The notes beneath the pieces were generated by a model. It was not told the origin of the DNA. It did no database searches and worked only from the letters and a program-made list of their open reading frames with translations. Made by a program: the position numbers and the translations under genes. A DNA stretch of 63,235 bases, filler included, from Nemertoderma westbladi (Eukaryota > Animalia > Xenacoelomorpha), in assembly GCA_032718475.1 (NCBI GenBank). It is 3 parts of 3 records of this genome, joined end to end, with 100 filler letters (N's around TTAATTAATTAA, not from the genome) between each part and the next. Parts side by side here need not be neighbours in the genome. Positions count along the whole stretch, not along the records: positions 1 to 27,891 come from JAUCBJ010003436.1; 2 more parts are not named here. One strand, given 5' to 3'. The first letter of the stretch is position 1. Every line of letters begins with the position of its first letter. This document shows, in pieces, positions 1-11,372 of this stretch.

Positions 1-789
1 AAATATTCTAGAATATTTTTTTTCTCGAAAATTGATAATAAAAATGTTCTAGAACATTTGGTACATGTTCTAGAACATTCAATAAATGTTCTAGATCTCT
101 TGCCAATAGAAAAAAAGCAGGCAAAATACCATAAACAATTTTAAAATTGAACAATTTTTTTAATAATTTTCTTTTTAAGAGTAAGTAATTTATTGTCTCG
201 AAAATTCAAAATTAAAATGTGCTAGAACATTTTTTTAAAGTTCTAGAACACTCAATATACGTTCTAGAACATTTATCAAGAGAAAAACAAAAAGCATGAC
301 AATTTGTTGAAAAAAACAACGAAAATGTTGGCACATACGGAACTGTTCTCTTTTTTTACCTTCCATTTTTTACTAGATAGTACTTTTTTGAAATTTAAAA
401 ATACTGTGTTTTTTTTGTTATTGGTAAGTCTTCTAGACATTACCAGATATTATTTATTAAGGTAACCTTGCTACCTTTACATGCTAGTATTTTTTTGAAA
501 TTATAAAAAAATTTGTCAAAACATTGATATTTCTGAATTAAGCAGTTGCAGGGCACTACCGGTAGTAGCATATGTGTCTCAAATTTTTATTGGTTTTTTA
601 TGTTGTATTTTATAACCAATTTTGACTTAAATTTATATATTATGGTCGACTGTCTCATTTTTTTTGTTCTAGAGCACATTTTTTTGTTCTAGAACACATT
701 TTTCATTTTTTATACTAGCTAGTTTTTTCAAAGTTTTTATTATAAATGTTATATAACACGTGTTAGCTATCAATATTGATCAATATATA

Positions 790-1060
790 TCCCAACGGCA
801 TTTGCTGAAGTTGAATGTGTTGCCATTGATGTCAGCGCAATCCCGATTTCGAGTTGTCTGCCTGTACCATCCACCTGACACTTGTTACGCTTCCCACCAA
901 TTTCTCCACCAAATATAATAACTCGGTTTTTGGATTGATCGAATGCCTTAGCTCCATCTCTCACCCTATTGTAATTATGGGGGATTTTAACTACCCTGAC
1001 TTTAATTGGTTGGAATCAGTATTTACTTTTCCTAATCGTGGCATATATAATAACTTAAAT
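790..1060 (+). pseudogene. Fragment of CR1-type LINE ORF2 apurinic endonuclease domain
   Basis: Translation ECLSSISHPIVIMGDFNYPDFNW contains the APE-type GDFN motif in the context typical of CR1-group ORF2; cut off by the satellite at ~1062. Confidence 0.65.
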
Positions 1061-1061
1061 G

Positions 1062-4000
1062 GGTACAGGTTTGTACTTTGCATTAGTGCCTGTATAGACT
1101 GCGCCAAGGATACAGGTTTGTACTTTGCATTAGTGCCTGTATAGACTGCGCCAAGGATACAGGTTTGTACTTTGCATTAGTGCCTGTATAGACTGCGCCA
1201 AGGATACAGGTTTGTACTTTGCATTAGTGCCTGTATAGACTGCGCCAAGGATACAGGTTTGTACTTTGCATTAGTGCCTGTATAGACTGCGTCAAGGATA
1301 CAGGTTTGTACTTTGCATTAGTGCCTGTATAGACTGCGCCAAGGATACAGGTTTGTACTTTGCATTAGTGCCTGTATAGACTGCGCCAAGGATACAGGTT
1401 TGTACTTTGCATTAGTGCCTGTATAGACTGCGCCAAGGATACAGGTTTGTACTTTGCATTAGTGCCTGTATAGACTGCGCCAAGGATACAGGTTTGTACT
1501 TTGCATTAGTGCCTGTATAGACTGCGCCAAGGATACAGGTTTGTACTTTGCATTAGTGCCTGTATAGACTGCGCCAAGGATACAGGTTTGTACTTTGCAT
1601 TAGTGCCTGTAATACTGCGCCAAGGATACAGGTTTGTACTTTGCATTAGTGCCTGTATAGACTGCGTCAAGGATACAGGTTTGTACTTTGCATTAGTGCC
1701 TGTATAGACTGCGCCAAGGATACAGGTTTGTACTTTGCATTAGTGCCTGTATAGACTGCGCCAAGGATACAGGTTTGTACTTTGCATTAGTGCCTGTATA
1801 GACTGCGCCAAGGATACAGGTTTGTACTTTGCATTAGTGCCTGTATAGACTGCGCCAAGGATACAGGTTTGTACTTTGCATTAGTGCCTGTATAGACTGC
1901 GCCAAGGATACAGGTTTGTACTTTGCATTAGTGCCTGTATAGACTGCGCCAAGGATACAGGTTTGTACTTTGCATTAGTGCCTGTATAGACTGCGCCAAG
2001 GATACAGGTTTGTACTTTGCATTAGTGCCTGTATAGACTGCGCCAAGGATACAGGTTTGTACTTTGCATTAGTGCCTGTATAGACTGCGCCAAGGATACA
2101 GGTTTGTACTTTGCATTAGTGCCTGTATAGACTGCGCCAAGGATACAGGTTTGTACTTTGCATTAGTGCCTGTATAGACTGCGCCAAGGATACAGGTTTG
2201 TACTTTGCATTAGTGCCTGCAAGACTGCGCCAAGGATACAGGTTTGTACTTTGCATTAGTGCCTGTATAGACTGCGCCAAGGATACAGGTTTGTACTTTG
2301 CATTAGTGCCTGTATAGACTGCGCCAAGGATACAGGTTTGTACTTTGCATTAGTGCCTGTATAGACTGCGCCAAGGATACAGGTTTGTACTTTGCATTAG
2401 TGCCTGTAAGACTGTGCCAAGGATACAGGTTTGTACTTTGCATTAGTGCCTGTATAGACTGCGCCAAGGATACAGGTTTGTACTTTGCATTAGTGCCTGT
2501 ATAGACTGCGCCAAGGATACAGGTTTGTACTTTGCATTAGTGCCTGTATAGACTGCGCCAAGGATACAGGTTTGTACTTTGCATTAGTGCCTGTATAGAC
2601 TGCGCCAAGGATACAGGTTTGTACTTTGCATTAGTGCCTGTAAGACTGCGCCAAGGATACAGGTTTGTACTTTGCATTAGTGCCTGTATAGACTGCGTCA
2701 AGGATACAGGTTTGTACTTTGCATTAGTGCCTGTAAGACTGCGCCAAGGATACAGGTTTGTACTTTGCATTAGTGCCTGTATAGACTGCGCCAAGGATAC
2801 AGGTTTGTACTTTGCATTAGTGCCTGTATAGACTGCGCCAAGGATACAGGTTTGTACTTTGCATTAGTGCCTGTATAGACTGCGCCAAGGATACAGGTTT
2901 GTACTTTGCATTAGTGCCTGTATAGACTGCGCCAAGGATACAGGTTTGTACTTTGCATTAGTGCCTGTATAGACTGCGTCAAGGATACAGGTTTGTACTT
3001 TGCATTAGTGCCTGTATAGACTGCGCCAAGGATACAGGTTTGTACTTTGCATTAGTGCCTGTATAGACTGCGCCAAGGATACAGGTTTGTACTTTGCATT
3101 AGTGCCTGTAAGACTGCGCCAAGGATACAGGTTTGTACTTTGCATTAGTGCCTGTATAGACTGCGCCAAGGATACAGGTTTGTACTTTGCATTAGTGCCT
3201 GTATAGACTGCGCCAAGGATACAGGTTTGTACTTTGCATTAGTGCCTGTATAGACTGCGTCAAGGATACAGGTTTGTACTTTGCATTAGTGCCTGTAAGA
3301 CTGCGCCAAGGATACAGGTTTGTACTTTGCATTAGTGCCTGTATAGACTGCGCCAAGGATACAGGTTTGTACTTTGCATTAGTGCCTGTATAGACTGCGC
3401 CAAGGATACAGGTTTGTACTTTGCATTAGTGCCTGTAAGACTGCGCCAAGGATACAGGTTTGTACTTTGCATTAGTGCCTGTATAGACTGCGTCAAGGAT
3501 ACAGGTTTGTACTTTGCATTAGTGCCTGTATAGACTGCGCCAAGGATACAGGTTTGTACTTTGCATTAGTGCCTGTATAGACTGCGCCAAGGATACAGGT
3601 TTGTACTTTGCATTAGTGCCTGTATAGACTGCGCCAAGGATACAGGTTTGTACTTTGCATTAGTGCCTGTATAGACTGCGCCAAGGATACAGGTTTGTAC
3701 TTTGCATTAGTGCCTGTATAGACTGCGCCAAGGATACAGGTTTGTACTTTGCATTAGTGCCTGTATAGACTGCGCCAAGGATACAGGTTTGTACTTTGCA
3801 TTAGTGCCTGTATAGACTGCGCCAAGGATACAGGTTTGTACTTTGCATTAGTGCCTGTAAGACTGCGCCAAGGATACAGGTTTGTACTTTGCATTAGTGC
3901 CTGTATAGACTGCGCCAAGGATACAGGTTTGTACTTTGCATTAGTGCCTGTATAGACTGCGCCAAGGATACAGGTTTGTACTTTGCATTAGTGCCTGTAT

Positions 4001-7000
4001 AGACTGCGCCAAGGATACAGGTTTGTACTTTGCATTAGTGCCTGTATAGACTGCGCCAAGGATACAGGTTTGTACTTTGCATTAGTGCCTGTATAGACTG
4101 CGCCAAGGATACAGGTTTGTACTTTGCATTAGTGCCTGTAAGACTGCGCCAAGGATACAGGTTTGTACTTTGCATTAGTGCCTGTATAGACTGCGCCAAG
4201 GATACAGGTTTGTACTTTGCATTAGTGCCTGTATAGACTGCGCCAGGATAGAGGTTTGTACTTTGCATTAGTGCCTGTATAGACTGCGCCAAGGATACAG
4301 GTTTGTACTTTGCATTAGTGCCTGTAAGACTGCGCCAAGGATACAGGTTTGTACTTTGCATTAGTGCCTGTAAGACTGCGCCAAGGATACAGGTTCGTAC
4401 TTTGCATTAGTGCCTGTATAGACTGCGCCAAGGATACAGGTTTTTACTTTGCATTAGTGCCTGTAAGACTGCGCCAAGGATAGAGGTTTGTACTTTGCAT
4501 TAGTGCCTGTAATACTGCGCCAAGGATACAGGTTCGTACTTTGCATTATGCCTGTATAGACTGCGCCAGGATAGAGGTTTGTACTTTGCATTAGTGCCTG
4601 TAAGACTGCGCCAAGGATACAGGTTTGTACTTTGCATTAGTGCCTGTAAGACTGCGCCAAGGATACAGGTTTGTACTTTGCATTAGTGCCTGTATAGACT
4701 GCGCCAAGGATACAGGTTTGTACTTTGCATTAGTGCCTGTATAGACTGCGCCAAGGATACAGGTTTGTACTTTGCATTAGTGCCTGTAAGACTGCGCCAA
4801 GGATACAGGTTTGTACTTTGCATTAGTGCCTGTATAGACTGCGCCAAGGATACAGGTTTGTACTTTGCATTAGTGCCTGTATAGACTGCGCCAAGGATAC
4901 AGGTTAGTACTTTGCATTAGTGCCTGTAAGACTGTGCCAAGGATACAGGTTTGTACTTTGCATTAGTGCCTGTAAGACTGCGCCAAGGATACAGGTTCGT
5001 ACTTTGCATTAGTGCCTGTATAGACTGCGCCAAGGATACAGGTTTGTACTTTGCATTAGTGCCTGTATAGACTGCGCCAAGGATACAGGTTTGTACTTTG
5101 CATTAGTGCCTGTATAGACTGCGCCAGGATAGAGGTTTGTACTTTGCATTAGTGCCTGTATAGACTGCGCCAAGGATACAGGTTAGTACTTTGCATTAGT
5201 GCCTGTATAGACTGCGCCAAGGATACAGGTTTGTACTTTGCATTAGTGCCTGTATAGACTGCGCCAAGGATACAGGTTTGTACTTTGCATTAGTGCCTGT
5301 ATAGACTGCGCCAAGGATACAGGTTCGTACTTTGCATTAGTTCCTGTATAGACTGCGCCAAGGATACAGGTTTGTACTTTGCATTAGTGCCTGTATAGAC
5401 TGCGCCAAGGATACAGGTTTGTACTTTGCATTAGTGCCTGTATAGACTGCGCCAAGGATACAGGTTTGTACTTTGCATTAGTGCCTGTATAGACTGCGCC
5501 AAGGATACAGGTTAGTACTTTGCATTAGTGCCTGTAAGACTGTGCCAAGGATACAGGTTTGTACTTTGCATTAGTGCCTGTAAGACTGCGCCAAGGATAC
5601 AGGTTCGTACTTTGCATTATGCCTGTATAGACTGCGCCAAGGATACAGGTTTTTACTTTGCATTAGTGCCTGTAAGACTGCGCCAAGGATAGAGGTTTGT
5701 ACTTTGCATTAGTGCCTGTAATACTGCGCCAAGGATACAGGTTCGTACTTTGCATTATGCCTGTATAGACTGCGCCAGGATAGAGGTTTGTACTTTGCAT
5801 TAGTGCCTGTAAGACTGTGCCAAGGATACAGGTTTGTACTTTGCATTAGTGCCTGTAAGACTGCGCCAAGGATACAGGTTTGTACTTTGCATTAGTGCCT
5901 GTATAGACTGCGCCAAGGATACAGGTTTGTACTTTGCATTAGTGCCTGTATAGACTGCGCCAAGGATGCAGGTTAGTACTTTGCATTAGTGCCTGTATAG
6001 ACTGCGCCAAGGATACAGGTTTGTACTTTGCATTAGTGCCTGTATAGACTGCGCCAAGGATGCAGGTTAGTACTTTGCATTAGTGCCTGTAAGACTGTGC
6101 CAAGGATACAGGTTTGTACTTTGCATTAGTGCCTGTAATACTGCGCCAAGGATACAGGTTCGTACTTTGCATTAGTGCCTGTAAGACTGCGCCAAGGATA
6201 CAGGTTTGTACTTTGCATTAGTGCCTGTAAGACTGCGCCAAGGATACAGGTTTGTACTTTGCATTAGTGCCTGTATAGACTGCGCCAAGGATACAGGTTT
6301 GTACTTTGCATTAGTGCCTGTATAGACTGCGCCAAGGATGCAGGTTTGTACTTTGCATTAGTGCCTGTAAGACTGCGCCAAGGATACAGGTTTGTACTTT
6401 GCATTAGTGCCTGTATAGACTGCGCCAAGGATACAGGTTTGTACTTTGCATTAGTGCCTGTATAGACTGCGCCAAGGATGCAGGTTAGTACTTTGCATTA
6501 GTGCCTGTATAGACTGTGCCAAGGATACAGGTTTGTACTTTGCATTAGTGCCTGTAAGACTGCGCCAAGGATGCAGGTTAGTACTTTGCATTAGTGCCTG
6601 TATAGACTGCGCCAAGGATACAGGTTTGTACTTTGCATTAGTGCCTGTATAGACTGCGCCAAGGATACAGGTTTGTACTTTGCATTAGTGCCTGTAAGAC
6701 TGCGCCAAGGATACAGGTTTGTACTTTGCATTATGCCTGTATAGACTGCGCCAAGGATACAGGTTTTTACTTTGCATTAGTGCCTGTAAGACTGCGCCAA
6801 GGATAGAGGTTTGTACTTTGCATTAGTGCCTGTAATACTGCGCCAAGGATACAGGTTCGTACTTTGCATTATGCCTGTATAGACTGCGCCAGGATAGAGG
6901 TTTGTACTTTGCATTAGTGCCTGTAAGACTGTGCCAAGGATACAGGTTTGTACTTTGCATTAGTGCCTGTAATACTGCGCCAAGGATACAGGTTCGTACT

Positions 7001-7504
7001 TTGCATTATGCCTGTATAGACTGCGCCAGGATAGAGGTTTGTACTTTGCATTAGTGCCTGTAAGACTGTGCCAAGGATACAGGTTTGTACTTTGCATTAG
7101 TGCCTGTATAGACTGCGCCAAGGATACAGGTTAGTACTTTGCATTAGTGCCTGTAAGACGGCGCCAAGGATAGATGTTTGTACTTTGCATTAGTGCCTGT
7201 ATAGACTGCGCCAAGGATACAGGTTTGTACTTTGCATTAGTGCCTGTATAGACTGCGCCAAGGATACAGGTTTGTACTTTGCATTAGTGCCTGTATAGAC
7301 TGCGCCAAGGATACAGGTTTGTACTTTGCATTAGTGCCTGTATAGACTGCGCCAAGGATACAGGTTTGTACTTTGCATTAGTGCCTGTATAGATGCGCCA
7401 AGGATACAGGTTTGTACTTTGCATTAGTGCCTGTATAGACTGCGCCAAGGATACAGGTTTGTACTTTGCATTAGTGCCTGTATAGACTGCGCCAAGGATA
7501 CAGA
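1062..7504. repeat. 47-bp tandem satellite, about 137 copies (GGATACAGGTTTGTACTTTGCATTAGTGCCTGTATAGACTGCGCCAA)
   Basis: Period of 47 read directly (cattag at 1081 and 1128); 46-bp variants occur; left part homogeneous, right part has recurring variant blocks. Copy number is length/period. Confidence 0.98.
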
Positions 7505-9101
7505 TTGTTTGGTTGCTTCTCCATTAGAAACTAATTTGGAAATTAGACTTAGTAGATTTTTGCTAGTGGACTCTATTGCTCGGTCTCTTGTAAATTCTGA
7601 CAAGATCTATACAACTATAGATCGTTCTTTCATTATGCCATTCACTTCCTTGACAATTTCTTTGGTTATATATACGACAGGTTTGTCTATGGAAACATCA
7701 ACCGTCTCAACTGAAGATATTACATCAGATAATGCATCTTGGATACATATAATGCTACTGCAGCACATCCATTTACCTTTATAACTAAGAGCCGGTTTCC
7801 ATACCATTCTTTCAGCTTTATAGCCAGTTTTGAACGCTCTTTACGAATCGAATGGTCTCATGTTCAGCATCGCCTTAAATAAAATATAAATTAATTATTA
7901 TTAAAAATTAATTATTAAAAATCATTTAGCAGAATTTTGCTGGAGACAAGTACTTAAAAGAACTTAACAGATTAAAGTACTTAAAGAAAAGTATTAAACA
8001 TAAAAAAAAACAAGCTAGAAAAAAATACGAGCTAGTAAAAAAAACACTAGCTTCCATTAATATTATTTACCGTTAAATATTATTTACCGTTAAATATTAT
8101 TTACCGTTAAATATTATTTGCCGTTAAATATTATTTACCGTTAAATATTATTTATCGTTAAATATTATTTACCGTTAAATATTATTTACCGTTAAATATT
8201 ATTTACGGTTAAATATTATTTACGGTTAAATATTATTTACCGTTAAATATTATTTACCGTTAAATATTATTTACCGTTAAATATTATTTACCGTTAAATA
8301 AATAGTTATTACAAACTCTTTAAAATTTGTTAGTTTGGACTTACCTGAACCATTATTACGACATGTAGATGTTGAAGCGAATTCGGAATCCAAGATGCGA
8401 CAGTACACTGAATGCAATTGTACCGATGTCCATAACCTATTTTTGTTCTGTTCCATTTCCTTTACAACTTCTCTAAACGCAACGTCCTTTTTTGCATCTG
8501 AATAGGGTATTGCTTTACGGAGAGCCGTTAAAATGCTTCGTGGGACCCGAAATGAACTACAGCCGGATTTATGATATTGGGCTGACACAGAAGTTAGGTC
8601 TATGCCTTCCAGGCAAAGTTTGATAGTTTCTGCTAAATTTTCACCATGAGTTAGAATTCGCAAATCGCAAACCCGGAGTAATTTTTCCTTAACAACCTTG
8701 GTCTCGCACTCAACCACCCTCTCCCAGCGATTAGAATGCCTATCATCTTTCTTTAGACAAACTTTACCACATATGACACAATCGCGCTCATATTTTATCA
8801 CATATACATCAGAACGCAATTTTTTCACAGGTGGTTCTGGTAATTTCTGTGAGTTGGAAATGTGTCGTCGTTTTAACTCACGCTCTATATGTTGATTCGA
8901 AGTATATTATGTAGAAATGCACTGCTTGTGAAAAATAACACTCAGTTCCGAATCGTTATTAAGTTTTCGCTGAAGAATCTCATTGAGGTTATCACTTTCA
9001 TGGGCTGCGCTACAAGCTATGATGTTCTTTATGCGAATAGGTTCTCCAGTGATTATTGTTCCAGATGGTTTTCGGCAAAACAGACACGAATCATCCATCA
9101 T
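7503..9101 (-). pseudogene. Decayed N-terminal part of a large DNA-transposon protein, probably Academ family, with one intron
   Basis: ORFs 9101-8907 and 8828-8277 are one frame split by a single TAA (CIST*YTSNQHI). Motifs CLFC..., HKQC, CVICGKVC, DLTSVSAQYHKSGC resemble, from memory, Academ-type proteins. GTAAGT donor at 8344 and polypyrimidine-AG acceptor at 7874; the downstream exon is frameshifted (KLKEWYGNRLLVIKVNGCA; SKNLLSLISKLVSNGEATKQSVSLAQSIQ). Confidence 0.6.
8057..8300. repeat. 17-bp tandem repeat (TTAAATATTATTTACCG), about 14 copies, inside the predicted transposase intron
   Basis: Period 17 read directly (ccgttaaat at 8104 and 8121). Confidence 0.95.
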
Positions 9102-9893
9102 TTAGCGCCGATTAAATAACAGTACATGATGTTGGGATGTTTCACCTTCGATCGTCCTATTATGATAAATATTTCGTCTTTTGAAACGTAAATAGGGTAC
9201 TAGTTTGTCATGTCGAAACCCCCATCCAATTGTTTTCCACGAGCTAAAGCTTCTTTGATTTTTATATATTATTTTCTAGAACATAGTCGACATTCTATAA
9301 TATTTTTTATTCTAGCTTCTATTTATCAAAATACTATCTATTAAACAATTTTACTAAAAAACCAAAATATTTTATTTACACTTTTTGCATATTCTGGAAT
9401 ATTTTAGAAATTTCAATTTAGCTAAATTCATTTTCAACACAACTAAAACTGCTACCAACCATAAAAAACACTAGCTATGTAAAATACAAAACAGGTTACG
9501 TAATATTATTTTTTTGATTTTTTTTATGAATAAATGTGCCGCTGTGTGCTGCTGCCATAAAAAATACTACAGTAGCTATATAAATTTTACTAAATAATAC
9601 TAATGACCAATAAAGTGTGTGTGTAAACCAAATTAAATTACGAGGCGGTAGGCAATATATAAACGAAGCGGTTAACGAAACGGCGGTGAACAAGGTATTA
9701 GTACGTTTGAACGACACTAGCCAAACAATCATGAAATCAGATAGAAACTGATAAAAATTGTTACCGGTACCGGTATAGCAGTATTGTTAGGCCTACTGCT
9801 GTACTGTTACTTACTGTCCTACTGTTTGTACACTGTATTCATTGACTGTACTGTTACTTACTGGCCTACTGTTTGTATACTGTACTCATGACT

Positions 9894-10937
9894 ATGGCTG
9901 TATTAAATTTCATTGAGATTGGGAAACTTATCGAGACTGAGGAGCGCGCTATTGAGTTTGCTCAAAGTGTGGAGCTTCTCCCCCGAACTCTACAACCAAA
10001 TGGGCAACCAACCCTACGTCTTTGTCCTTTTCCGGGTTGTACTGCGCAAGCTAAAATTACGCTGGTGAAGGACAGGGGATTCATGCGTCTTGTTTGGCGT
10101 TGCTCCGGTGCTAATAAGCACAAGCGCACTGCACGTTCTGGAACGTGGTTTGAGAAGAGTCGATTCGAGGTTCGGCAGATTCTGGCCATCACGTATTCGT
10201 TTGCTCTCGAAGTTCGAATGCGTACTGCACATCTGTTGCTAGGCGACATTGTTGGGGTGCAAGGCAATGGATCCCTTGTCGACTGGTACAATTTTATTAG
10301 AGAATTAATGTACCGCGATCAAGAGGAGTCAGAGCCAATGGGTGGACCAGGACATATCGTCCAAATCGACGAGACGCTATTGCGGGGAAAACGCAAGAGG
10401 AGCACCAACAACCGAGGTCGTTTGCTTGGTGGGGACCACTTTCCGTCATCCCGATATAATTATGGGACGACAGTGGATGGGCCGTGGGTGTTTGGACTGG
10501 TATGGAAACGTCCAGATAATAAAGTCGACATCTGCCTCTACCACGTTTTGCATCGTGATGCAGACACCCTCCGTCCTATTTTGGAGAAACATGTCGCCGG
10601 TGGAACCAAGATACAGTCCGACGAATGGTCTGCGTATTGCGGTGTGAATGTTGGCATAACAAACGCCACAAATCCGTGGTCTGCTACCAATGGAACAGGG
10701 ACCTACATACACGAAACTGTCAACCATTCGGTAGAGTGGGTGAGTGCGACTGGCACCCACACTCAACGTATAGAGTCGATGTGGGGCCACTTAAAGACGT
10801 CAGTCATCCGCAATAAGAAATGCACAACACCGCAACTTATTGCTGGCCACCTGTCAGAATTTCGGTGGAGACTTTTAAATCGCGACCGACCTTTCTCAAA
10901 TCTCCTTGCACTTTTCAAACATTACTACCCTTGCTGA
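9894..10937 (+). CDS. Merlin/ISXO2-like DDE transposase, intact (~347 aa; alternative ATG at 9888)
   Basis: N-terminal CPxxxC...WRC...H zinc ribbon, GTWFEKS, DWYNFIRE, catalytic VQIDET, SDEWSAY, HETVNHS, HTQRIESMW; no stops or frameshifts. Confidence 0.92.
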   Translation: MAVLNFIEIGKLIETEERAIEFAQSVELLPRTLQPNGQPTLRLCPFPGCTAQAKITLVKDRGFMRLVWRCSGANKHKRTARSGTWFEKSRFEVRQILAITYSFALEVRMRTAHLLLGDIVGVQGNGSLVDWYNFIRELMYRDQEESEPMGGPGHIVQIDETLLRGKRKRSTNNRGRLLGGDHFPSSRYNYGTTVDGPWVFGLVWKRPDNKVDICLYHVLHRDADTLRPILEKHVAGGTKIQSDEWSAYCGVNVGITNATNPWSATNGTGTYIHETVNHSVEWVSATGTHTQRIESMWGHLKTSVIRNKKCTTPQLIAGHLSEFRWRLLNRDRPFSNLLALFKHYYPC

Positions 10938-11372
10938 ATGTCTATACTGTATACCTTATACCTTAACCAACCCAAACGGCCCTTTTCAGGGCCAACATAT
11001 GAAATAAACAACCGTATCGCAACAGCTTTATTAGCTTGTAATATTTTTTTTACAATAAGATACACCCTCAGTCGGGGTAAATATTAATTATAATATTGGA
11101 AATATGTATGTACGGTAGACTGTAATAGACTGTAGTAGTAAGTAATATAGATTAAATTATTATTATTATTATTATTATTGGCTTTATTTCAGGCCCAGTT
11201 GGCCCATAAAAATACTGTACTAATACACATATACAAACAAACAGAATATACAGTCAGGCTAACAACGTAAAGCACAATAAGGTTGGTTATAAAACAATAT
11301 AGTAAAAATACACAAAACAAAACAGATAACCGAAAAATATGACCAAAATGATAAAAAAAAAAAAATTACAAC

